Below, piece after piece: positions 25,841-34,364 of a DNA stretch of 64,000 nt; positions within the stretch are counted from its first letter, which is position 1, and each line of letters begins with the position of its first letter. This DNA is from an uncultured virus (IMG/VR IMGVR_UViG_3300025671_000040) (taxonomy: Duplodnaviria > Heunggongvirae > Uroviricota > Caudoviricetes). Under the pieces are notes generated by a model that was given only the letters and a program-made list of their open reading frames with translations, ran no database searches and was not told where the DNA came from. Where the stretch lies: the IMG/VR virus record IMGVR_UViG_3300025671_000040; one strand, 5' to 3'. The translations under genes and the position numbers were made by a program.

Positions 25841-26227
25841 TTACATCTCTTTCGTTTCCGTGTTCAAGAACGAACCCAAATCTTTCTGAAGCTGCTCTAA
25901 CGGCCTAGCGCCTTCGAGCTTCTCTACTATTTTACCATCAACAAATACAGCTAGTGTAGGAATGCTGGTAATATCAAATCTTTCCATCAAGAGAGGAGCG
26001 TAGTCTACTTCTACTTTTACGACCTGCATTTCGTCAGCGTACTTGGCTGCGAATTCGTCAAGCACCGGAGACTGCATAGCACACGGGCCGCACCAGTCTG
26101 CCCAAAAGTCAACGAGCACCGGCTTAGCAGATGTTGAAATAATGTTTTCAAACTGTTTCTCGTCTACAGGTACAGCGTACCCTTCAGCCAGTACTACTCT
26201 TTTTGATGGTTCTTCATTTCTTCGCAT
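25841..26227 (-). CDS. trxA: Thioredoxin
   Basis: VLVDFWADWCGPC and SIPT. Confidence 0.9.
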   Translation of the reverse strand: MRRNEEPSKRVVLAEGYAVPVDEKQFENIISTSAKPVLVDFWADWCGPCAMQSPVLDEFAAKYADEMQVVKVEVDYAPLLMERFDITSIPTLAVFVDGKIVEKLEGARPLEQLQKDLGSFLNTETKEM

Positions 26228-26263
26228 GTTTATATCCTACCATTTATATACTTACTCAGCAAG

Positions 26264-26815
26264 TCAAGACTTACCTACTTTGGGCCACTCTTTCCAACGG
26301 CTTAATGAATGCGAATCAAAATACTTCTTAGTTGTATCATGTACCGGCATAACTTCATCCCTATCATACAGAATCAAATCAATGCTAGACGCAACAAACA
26401 CTTCCTCGACCTTAGAAAGCGCCGGACGGTTTTCCCGAATACCATACACAATCCTGACGCCGCTGTTCGCAATAAGCTTAGCGCACTCAAGGCAAGGCTC
26501 TCCATTCACATACATCGCAACACCGCCCATGCGGGCACGGGCGTTAAAGTCGCTGTGGAGCAACGCATTAGCTTCAGCGTGAACAGCGATGCAGTCACTG
26601 TAGTCAGATGACTTATGATCGCTTCCTGCAAGAGCACGAGGACATGCGCCTTGATTGCAATGAGCAGCGCCCCGAGGAGAACCGTTGTAGCCTACGCCAA
26701 GAACAAAACCTTCAGAGTCAACAATGATAGCCATGTACTGGCTTTTAGAACAGGTAGAGAAAAGCTTGGCTCCCTGATCTGCCCATTGTAGAAACTTAAA
26801 ATCTTTTTCACTCAT
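26264..26815 (-). CDS. dCMP deaminase
   Basis: STC, GYNGSPRG, HAEANA and PCLECAK motifs. Confidence 0.9.
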   Translation of the reverse strand: MSEKDFKFLQWADQGAKLFSTCSKSQYMAIIVDSEGFVLGVGYNGSPRGAAHCNQGACPRALAGSDHKSSDYSDCIAVHAEANALLHSDFNARARMGGVAMYVNGEPCLECAKLIANSGVRIVYGIRENRPALSKVEEVFVASSIDLILYDRDEVMPVHDTTKKYFDSHSLSRWKEWPKVGKS

Positions 26816-27551
26816 GCTCGTGATCGTGATGGTGGCCGGGGCCGTGGTAGTTAGGAAGGTCCTCTTCATTGAAGTGATCGTGGAAATGCTCTTGCATCTC
26901 ATCAGGACGATGAACCAAATGATTCATGTCTTCCTGCATGATAAACGTGGTGACTATGTACTTGTCTTTATCAAACGAAATCTCACCACGGTGGGGGTAC
27001 AGCCAGTGACACGGAAAAATAAGCACCCTCCCTGCTACGGGCTTAACGGAAAGCTCCTGACGGGTGAAGGTAGTTTCTCCACCTTCGTCAACGTCGTTAA
27101 GGTAAACAATGACAGCCAGCATTCTGTCAAATGAACTGCCGAACGGCCCACCGTCGATATGTTCGTCGTACTTGCCGTGGCCAACATCGTATTTTTGAAA
27201 CTGGTAACCCATGTCTTGTAATGGGAAGCACTGCTGGCTTAGCCCTGGGTACTGGTTGACGTAATGGTTAACGCACTTTACCAGTCCGGCGTGAATGTCT
27301 TGTTCAGACCAGCCTCCTCCCATGGAGTACAGTTCGTCTCCCATTGCGGCAGAGATGTTCATGTCAGTTGAGTTTTTGATAGATTGATCCACCCCACCGA
27401 CCATTTTACCGGGGTTCAGAACTTGCATTTCTTCTAGTCGGTTCCAATGACGTTCGACTAGATCAATAATGTTCTGACATGCGGCCTTGTCTACAACATC
27501 GTCGTAAATTCCGATGCCTGACCACCGCCCTAGCGGAAACTCTATATTCAC
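26808..27551 (-). CDS. 2OG-Fe(II) oxygenase (prolyl-hydroxylase-like) with His-rich tail
   Basis: HID...YLNDVDEGGETTF...HRG...KY. Confidence 0.9.
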   Translation of the reverse strand: MNIEFPLGRWSGIGIYDDVVDKAACQNIIDLVERHWNRLEEMQVLNPGKMVGGVDQSIKNSTDMNISAAMGDELYSMGGGWSEQDIHAGLVKCVNHYVNQYPGLSQQCFPLQDMGYQFQKYDVGHGKYDEHIDGGPFGSSFDRMLAVIVYLNDVDEGGETTFTRQELSVKPVAGRVLIFPCHWLYPHRGEISFDKDKYIVTTFIMQEDMNHLVHRPDEMQEHFHDHFNEEDLPNYHGPGHHHDHEHE

Positions 27552-28303
27552 GATCCGTTTCCCGTTGGCATGAAGCCAATGTTGGGTGATTCAATAATTA
27601 GTGGAACAAGCCAATCTTCTACAATCGTTCCTGTAATGTCCGGCGGGGCGTCTGCTACCTGGGCATTCGCATCGCCTTGCAAATACTTCTGGACTTTGTT
27701 CGGAGGCACGTTCGTCCAAATCCAATCTCGCACGTCATCTGGCATCTCTAGCTCTGCAAGCATTCTAGTAGCAGTACTAGCCATGGGTTCGGTTGAGCCG
27801 AAATGTTGGCGCACGATCTCCCATTCTAGCATCAAGCGAAGAATTTCTTGTAGCGTCCGTGCTGATACAGAATGACGGTCGGCTACAGTATTGCTTTCGG
27901 CAGTAGCGTTTGACGACTCAAGATACACAACCTGTCCACCGGCTACAGGGGAACCAAACACTGAACTAATATGCGTAAGTTCATAAAACAGAAGATGGTG
28001 ACTGCCTGTTAAGGGATCAGCCGCAGTGGATGCTCCGCAGTTACATTGTTCAGTAATTTCGTTCCAAACATGCAACCCCTTCGGGCCATACTGATTGGTG
28101 CCAGCATCACAACGCTGATGAGTATTACCATCAGCATCAACAACTTCTTCTAGCTCCACATCAGCAATCAAAGATGTGAAAGAAAACAATCCCTTGGTGT
28201 TGTCAATGGTCCACGTTGACCCATCTTGTGTAATGGTTCTAGCAGGCAACTTGTTGTAGTAACCTACTCCACCAAGGTGCTCGGAATGTTCTGAAAATGA
28301 CAC
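27548..28303 (-). CDS. Hypothetical protein
   Basis: Long ORF in the operon. Confidence 0.7.
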   Translation of the reverse strand: MSFSEHSEHLGGVGYYNKLPARTITQDGSTWTIDNTKGLFSFTSLIADVELEEVVDADGNTHQRCDAGTNQYGPKGLHVWNEITEQCNCGASTAADPLTGSHHLLFYELTHISSVFGSPVAGGQVVYLESSNATAESNTVADRHSVSARTLQEILRLMLEWEIVRQHFGSTEPMASTATRMLAELEMPDDVRDWIWTNVPPNKVQKYLQGDANAQVADAPPDITGTIVEDWLVPLIIESPNIGFMPTGNGS

Positions 28304-28315
28304 GATAAATCCCTT

Positions 28316-29272
28316 TTAGGTCTTGATAATAAACAGGAACGGTTCTACGTTTATCGTAGTCGAAACTGTTGCAGATGTCAATGCGTGATTGTGGTTAGCA
28401 GACTGGTTACCGGCATTTGACGTAATCGTATGATTGTGATTAGCAGACTGGTTACCTGCATTCGACGTAATCGTATGGCTATGATCAGCAGACTGATCAC
28501 CTGCGTTAGCATTATGGGCGTGACCAGCGTTCGCATAGTTCGTGTTCACAGTGCCAGAGTTGAAGTTATGAGAGTGCGACGCATTCTGGTTATTCGTGTT
28601 AGCGTTTGTGTTGCTGCCGTTCGACTTCGCATAACCGTGCGTGTGAGAAGCGTTCTGGTTCGTTGTGTTAAAGGTCTTAGACCACGAATGGCGGTGGTTA
28701 GCGTTAGCGTTAGCAACCGTAATCGTATGCGAATGATCCGCAGACTGGTTGCCAGCGTTAGACGTAATCGTATGGCTATGATCAGCAGACTGATTACCTG
28801 CGTTAGACGTAATCGTATGCGCATGATCCGCAGACTGATCCCCCAAAGCCAACGCATTCAACGCAGAAGAACCACTAACCGTAGTACCATCAGCGTTACC
28901 GCTCGCAGCAATACCAACAGGAACAAGCGCCGAAGTTCCAGGCAGATTAAACGTGGTAGAACCATCACCCGTACCATAACGGGTACTGATCGCCGTAAAC
29001 AAGCTAGAATAGGTTGTGCGAGAAACCGCCGACCCGTCACACACCAGCCAACCCGAAGGTGCCGTACCGCCACCATACATGACTACAGTACCCGCAGGAA
29101 TAGTTGTGCCGCCAGACTGATCCTGCCACGTAACCGTACCAGAACCATTCGTTACCAAAACCTGATCTAAAGAACCGTCAGCAGTAGGAAGCGTAAACTC
29201 ACCGGTAACTTCTAAAGAAGTTGCTGAAACGGTACCGTCAGCAGTAAGACCAGTCTTAAAACTTTTAGCCAC
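28316..29272 (-). CDS. Tail fibre with tail-collar domain and HxH repeats
   Basis: PSGWLVCDGSAVSRTTYSSLFTAI...GDGSTTFNLP collar; repeated HTITSNAGNQSADH; FIIKT end. Confidence 0.9.
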   Translation of the reverse strand: MAKSFKTGLTADGTVSATSLEVTGEFTLPTADGSLDQVLVTNGSGTVTWQDQSGGTTIPAGTVVMYGGGTAPSGWLVCDGSAVSRTTYSSLFTAISTRYGTGDGSTTFNLPGTSALVPVGIAASGNADGTTVSGSSALNALALGDQSADHAHTITSNAGNQSADHSHTITSNAGNQSADHSHTITVANANANHRHSWSKTFNTTNQNASHTHGYAKSNGSNTNANTNNQNASHSHNFNSGTVNTNYANAGHAHNANAGDQSADHSHTITSNAGNQSANHNHTITSNAGNQSANHNHALTSATVSTTINVEPFLFIIKT

Positions 29273-29462
29273 GGCACCAACCGCCCTTCCACAGCACAGC
29301 CATAAAGCTCACAACTCTATTATAACACAAGAGGCGGAACCAGTTCTACAACCAGTTCCACCCCCTGTCGGGTATTTCCCGCCTGCACGGCGGAGTAACT
29401 ACTGATCCCAACTGTCGTCTGGACCCGCAGTAGCGCCACGAGTATTTCCCCGTGACATCTTA

Positions 29463-31253
29463 TCAGCCAATGACAACAACTCGGAGAGAGTCGGTAGCTG
29501 GGGCTGTAGAGAACGTCAACGTGACCGCATTCGTGCTTGTTCGATCAACGTCACAGATGACGGTTTCTTTTGTGGTAGCATCGTAGACTTCTACGACAAC
29601 ATCATCGGTCCCGAAGTTATGTGTGACAGCGATAGACGTAGCGGCGTTATCGCCAATCGTCTCAGCATGACGAGTCATGAACCCAAGGTTGGTCTTGGCA
29701 CCGGCAGCGGTCGAAGCGCCTGTACCACCGTGGGCAACAGCAACATCCGTCGCAGCCCACACGCCCGTAGCAATCGTACCAAGAGCGGTAAGCGACGAGG
29801 TGACAACCGAAGAGTTCAGCTCAGTACCAGTCAGGGTGCCAGCAGCAGCCGTTACCGTGATGTTAGCTGTACCGTCGAACGACGTGCCGTTGATCGTCCG
29901 TGCAGTCTCAAGGGCGGTAGCTGTCGCAGCGTTACCGCTCGTGTCCTGCGTACCGGCGGTGTTAACACCCGGCAGATCAATGTTTGCGGTACCGTCGAAC
30001 GAGACGCCGCCGATCGTGCGAGCCGTTTCAAGAGCCGTAGCAGTATCGGCGTTACCGGTAACATCACCAGTAACGTTACCAGTGACGGCACCTTCCAGGG
30101 TGCCCACGACCAGCGTAGCCGCCGTGTAACCCGCACCGCCTGTATCAACGGTAGTGGTAGGCTCAGCCTGAAGATCAGCGAACAGCTTGAACTTGCCGCT
30201 GTCGTTAGCGTCACGGAACAGGCCAGCGTAAAGGTCCTGCGAACCAGAAGTGTCGTACAGGCCGTAGAAACCGATGTCTACCGAGTCGGTAGCGTTGTTT
30301 CCGTTAGCAAGAACAATCAGCGGGTCTTCAACAGAAAGCGTAGCAGTGTTTACCGTGGTAGTATCGCCGTTTACCGTAAGGTTGCCCGAGATAGTAACGT
30401 TGTCCGGCAGCCCAATTGTGACATCGCCAGTACCTGCACTTACCTCAACCTCGCCAGCGGTACCAGTAAGGCTAGTAACACCGATAGCACCAATCAAATC
30501 GTTGATCGCTGCTGCAGTCATCAACGACGTATCGTTGTCAGCAAAAGACTCGCCGCTTGTCTGAACCGTGGTCAACGCCACGCTATCAAACGTAAACGTG
30601 TCCGTGGCTTGAATCGTTAGGCCACCGTTAGCGGTAATAAGACCTGAAACAGTCAAACCCGTAAGGGTGCCAACACTTGTCAAAGAAGAAGCGGTAACGC
30701 CAGAGTTAAGAGTATTTCCTGTCAGGTTATTTGCGTCAATGTCGATATTTGCGGTTCCGTCAAAAGAGGTGCCAGCAATAGTCCGAGCGGTTGCCAGAGC
30801 GGTAGCCGTAGCAGCGTTGCCGCTCGTGTCCTGAGTGCCTGAAGTGTTTACGCCCGGAAGGTCAATGTTTGCAGAACCATCAAACGAAACGCCACCAATC
30901 GTGCGGGCAGTCTCAAGAGCAGTAGCCGTATCCGCATTACCAGTAAGAGCACCAGTAAAGCCAGTTGACGTTACAGAAGTAAGACCGGTAATAGTCGTAT
31001 CTAGGTTGACAGTTACGGCACCTGTCGTCCCGCCACCGTTAAGGTTCGTACCGGCAGTAACAGCAGTAATGTCACCCTGCTCCTGCAAACCAACCCACGC
31101 AGAACCGTCATAAACGTAAAGCTCACTATCTACCGTATCAAAATAGATCTGACCCGCAACAGGGGACGAAGGAGCAGTAGCTAGGTTCTGAACCTTAGCA
31201 TTCTGCAACTCATTTTTATTCAAATCCAGATTAGTTAAGAATTTTTGGGCCAC
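29463..31253 (-). CDS. Tail fibre / structural protein with GNAATATAL-ETARTI repeats
   Basis: Repeated modules; THNFGTDDVVVEVYD C-terminus. Confidence 0.8.
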   Translation of the reverse strand: MAQKFLTNLDLNKNELQNAKVQNLATAPSSPVAGQIYFDTVDSELYVYDGSAWVGLQEQGDITAVTAGTNLNGGGTTGAVTVNLDTTITGLTSVTSTGFTGALTGNADTATALETARTIGGVSFDGSANIDLPGVNTSGTQDTSGNAATATALATARTIAGTSFDGTANIDIDANNLTGNTLNSGVTASSLTSVGTLTGLTVSGLITANGGLTIQATDTFTFDSVALTTVQTSGESFADNDTSLMTAAAINDLIGAIGVTSLTGTAGEVEVSAGTGDVTIGLPDNVTISGNLTVNGDTTTVNTATLSVEDPLIVLANGNNATDSVDIGFYGLYDTSGSQDLYAGLFRDANDSGKFKLFADLQAEPTTTVDTGGAGYTAATLVVGTLEGAVTGNVTGDVTGNADTATALETARTIGGVSFDGTANIDLPGVNTAGTQDTSGNAATATALETARTINGTSFDGTANITVTAAAGTLTGTELNSSVVTSSLTALGTIATGVWAATDVAVAHGGTGASTAAGAKTNLGFMTRHAETIGDNAATSIAVTHNFGTDDVVVEVYDATTKETVICDVDRTSTNAVTLTFSTAPATDSLRVVVIG

Positions 31254-31263
31254 TTTTCCTCCA

Positions 31264-31740
31264 TCAAGTTAAATAAGCCAAACCAGTAAACGCACCTTGA
31301 AAGTCAACCGTAACACTACTGGTACTATTATATGTTACCTTACCGATCACAACTGTCCCTGCAGAATCAACAACAGTTACCGACGGATAACCATCCAACG
31401 TATGAGAAATAGTCCAACTACTAGAAGCAACCGATTGAGTATGCGTATACCTCTTCGGAATCAACGGTAAAGCATCAGATTCCCACGAACTAGCCCCCTT
31501 GGGACCATACAACTTACCGTTAGAAACATCAACGTAAAAATCGCCCTCCGCTCCAGTTGAATCAGAAGGCGACCCGTTGGAATAAAACAGACTAGAAGCA
31601 GCACCAGCATCGTTAACAAACGTGGCCGCAACAACAGTAACCGAATTACCGTCCGTCTCAGAAACACTAACCGAATTAATAACGTCTGTTACAGAAACGG
31701 TATTTGTTGCCTCTTCAATTGATACCGTATAATCAGACAT
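31264..31740 (-). CDS. Structural (tail-associated) protein
   Basis: GDFYVD...LYGPK and WTISHTLDGYPSVTVVD motifs. Confidence 0.7.
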   Translation of the reverse strand: MSDYTVSIEEATNTVSVTDVINSVSVSETDGNSVTVVAATFVNDAGAASSLFYSNGSPSDSTGAEGDFYVDVSNGKLYGPKGASSWESDALPLIPKRYTHTQSVASSSWTISHTLDGYPSVTVVDSAGTVVIGKVTYNSTSSVTVDFQGAFTGLAYLT

Positions 31741-31741
31741 T

Positions 31742-32086
31742 TTAGGACCCTACTATAAAGTTACCTTTAACTAATCGCAAGACCCCAGCTTTGGCACCAG
31801 TACTAACCAACTCCAAATCGTAGACGTAGGTGTCGGCAGCAATTGACCCGGTTTCTTCACTGGAAAGACTTAATGTTATTGTACCAGTACTAGAGTCGTG
31901 GCTAAGCCTACCATTGGAAGTAGTTAGCTCAATTACGGTGTCGTCAGATGCAACAGTCCTACGGACATGCATTCGGGAGTCCCAGTAGGCTAAATCCGAC
32001 ATCGTTTCATCGGGGTTTTTCACTAACAGGTCTACACTTAACGCCGCCCCCCTAGTACAATTGATCGTCAAGTTTCCTGCTGTCAT
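31742..32086 (-). CDS. Beta-sandwich tail/baseplate accessory protein
   Basis: RMHVRR...LTTSNG...YVYDLE; paralog of 39926..40270. Confidence 0.75.
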   Translation of the reverse strand: MTAGNLTINCTRGAALSVDLLVKNPDETMSDLAYWDSRMHVRRTVASDDTVIELTTSNGRLSHDSSTGTITLSLSSEETGSIAADTYVYDLELVSTGAKAGVLRLVKGNFIVGS

Positions 32087-32412
32087 TCTCCCATAAACCC
32101 CATGTCGCCAATAGCCAAGTAGTCGTCGGCTGTCATAATCATGCCACGGCTAACCCACTCGGGCAGATTGTCGGACGTTACGACCATAAGCTGTGCTTCA
32201 CCGTCAGCGTTAATAATCTCACCGATAAACACGAAGTGTCCTAGGACACCGCCGCCGTCGCCACGCTCCTCAAAAACTTTAGATACAAGATTGTGGACAA
32301 TTTCTTGAGACGAACACTCCTCCGTGTCCTGCATCGCAGAAGCCACCATGTCGAGAATATCATCAATCGAATCCTCGTCGTCACGATCTCTAAACGGTAC
32401 GTCTTCTGCCAT
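32083..32412 (-). CDS. Acidic hypothetical protein
   Basis: GAGGG RBS. Confidence 0.65.
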   Translation of the reverse strand: MAEDVPFRDRDDEDSIDDILDMVASAMQDTEECSSQEIVHNLVSKVFEERGDGGGVLGHFVFIGEIINADGEAQLMVVTSDNLPEWVSRGMIMTADDYLAIGDMGFMGE

Positions 32413-32436
32413 TATGCCCTCGTATCTCTCAGGAAC

Positions 32437-32721
32437 TCACTCTGGATCTCCAGAAGTAAGCTCGTTGTTTTTCCGTTCCAAATTAACAATTTCTTCCTGC
32501 AGATGATGAATAATGTACCGAAGTCTATTATTTTCTTTCCGCTGTAAAGCATATTCTATACGACTTTGCTTAACTAAATCTAGCCATACAAAGTCCTGTG
32601 CAGCGTCTACTTCCATGTTGAGTTTTTTGTTTTTGACTCTGCTTGAAAGAACGATACCGGTAAACGTTACCCCTGAACCGACAAGGGCAGGGATAGTCAT
32701 GCTCATGAATTCAGACCACAC
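32437..32721 (-). CDS. Membrane protein with coiled coil (possible lysis accessory)
   Basis: N-terminal TM helix, C-terminal heptads. Confidence 0.55.
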   Translation of the reverse strand: MWSEFMSMTIPALVGSGVTFTGIVLSSRVKNKKLNMEVDAAQDFVWLDLVKQSRIEYALQRKENNRLRYIIHHLQEEIVNLERKNNELTSGDPE

Positions 32722-32747
32722 GCCTGCCCCCCTTTGGTTAGGTTAAA

Positions 32748-34337
32748 TTAAGCTTCGAGTGCTGCAATTCGAGTACGAAGGTCTTTTACAACAAGAACAA
32801 GCAGCGACAAGTACGAAGTCTTGTTGATGCCGGTCAGGAAGGTCGTACCGTCCTCGTTGAAGCCATGAGCAGCAAGGTGCGGCGAAATGGCGTCCATGTC
32901 TTCAGCGATCGGACCGATCTCAGGAATACCAGGGCTGTGGATACGGTTCCACAGCTTCGGCTCTACTTGGTCGATCATATCTGCCGTAAGTTCATCACCA
33001 GGGTCTTGGATGTTTTCCTTTTCGGCCCGCAGCGACGAGTTCCGCTTCAGGATGTAGTTACCGAAGCCGGTAGCTACCCACTCGGCGTCGTTACCTGTAC
33101 CAGTGTCAGGAAAAGCAGCGAAAGCGACGCCAACGTCCAGAGCAAACCCGCCTGAAGTAATTACAGCCGAACCGTTACCGCCCGCCACAAGCTCCATTGT
33201 GTCTGCAGCACTGCGGTAGATGCCTGTGTCAGTATCGCCGCTAAAGTGAAAAGCTGGAGTGCTCTCTGAACCGTTACCAGCGCTTACGCTAAGACCAGCC
33301 TGAACGAAGTTGGAAACAGAAAGAGAAGCTCCCGTAAACAGAGTAGATCCACCGCCTAACACATTAGTCGAAGGATTATATGTTAAGGTAGTATCTATGC
33401 GGGCACGGTCAGTACCAGAAGTACTATCCGCAAATGTGACGTAATGATTAGCATTAGTGCTAACTGAAAGTACCGAAACCTCAGTAGCGCTAGAAGCGTT
33501 TCCGCTCAAAGCCCCAGCAAACGTGGTAGTAGTCAGAGTGTTCGAGCTAGCGTTGTAAGAAAGGCCAGTGTCTCTTCGTGCTCGTGTGTTGCCAGTACCA
33601 GTAGCAAACAGAGGGTATGTCGTAGTGCTAGTATTGTCTGCGTAGACATCAACGTTCGTAGCGTTCGTAGCGTTCGTAGCGCTTGTAGCACTTGTAGCAC
33701 TTGTAGCGGTGGCAGCGTTGCCCGACGTGTCCTGATTACCAGCCGTGTTCACACCCGGCAGATCAATGTTTGCTGTACCATTAAACGACACACCGCCGAT
33801 TGTCCGGGCAGTCTCCAACCGAGTCGCAGTAGCAGCATTACCGCTCGTGCTCACAGACACAGAACCAACAATCTTAGAAGCATCTAAAGAAACAATTTTC
33901 TCATCCGTAATAGTTCCCGCAGCAATACGATCAACACTCAAAGTACCAGTCAGCTTACCAGCATCCAAAGAAACAATATTGCCATTAGTAATAGCATTAG
34001 CAGCAATACTATGCTTATGCTCCGCATAAGCCAAACCAGACGCAGACGTACCAGCAGACGCCGTACCATCAATCTCACCAATATTACCATCCGTAGCATT
34101 CTCTACCGCAATATCATCCCACGCCACACCATTACAATACGACAGCTGACCCGTAGTCGAATAATGGAAAAAGCCCTTATACGCTGCAGCCGCAGCAGGA
34201 CGAGCAGCCGCCTGACTATAACCAGCCACACGATCCTCCAGCTCCTCATGAGAAGCATCCATTTGCGCACGAGTAAACGCATCCGTACCCGCACTCCAGC
34301 GATAAATTTCTAAACGAGTTGTCTGTGAAACAGCCAT
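32748..34337 (-). CDS. Tail fibre with C-terminal intramolecular chaperone (peptidase S74-like)
   Basis: SSLRAEKENI...GPIAED...LRTRIAALEA; shares the ETARTIGGVSF module. Confidence 0.8.
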   Translation of the reverse strand: MAVSQTTRLEIYRWSAGTDAFTRAQMDASHEELEDRVAGYSQAAARPAAAAAYKGFFHYSTTGQLSYCNGVAWDDIAVENATDGNIGEIDGTASAGTSASGLAYAEHKHSIAANAITNGNIVSLDAGKLTGTLSVDRIAAGTITDEKIVSLDASKIVGSVSVSTSGNAATATRLETARTIGGVSFNGTANIDLPGVNTAGNQDTSGNAATATSATSATSATNATNATNVDVYADNTSTTTYPLFATGTGNTRARRDTGLSYNASSNTLTTTTFAGALSGNASSATEVSVLSVSTNANHYVTFADSTSGTDRARIDTTLTYNPSTNVLGGGSTLFTGASLSVSNFVQAGLSVSAGNGSESTPAFHFSGDTDTGIYRSAADTMELVAGGNGSAVITSGGFALDVGVAFAAFPDTGTGNDAEWVATGFGNYILKRNSSLRAEKENIQDPGDELTADMIDQVEPKLWNRIHSPGIPEIGPIAEDMDAISPHLAAHGFNEDGTTFLTGINKTSYLSLLVLVVKDLRTRIAALEA

Positions 34338-34364
34338 AATACAGCCTCCTGTAACAATATTTTA

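Noticed and set aside
28316..34337. Diversity-generating retroelement or invertible fibre cassette
   Set aside because: No reverse transcriptase or invertase in the window; the repeats are ordinary coding repeats
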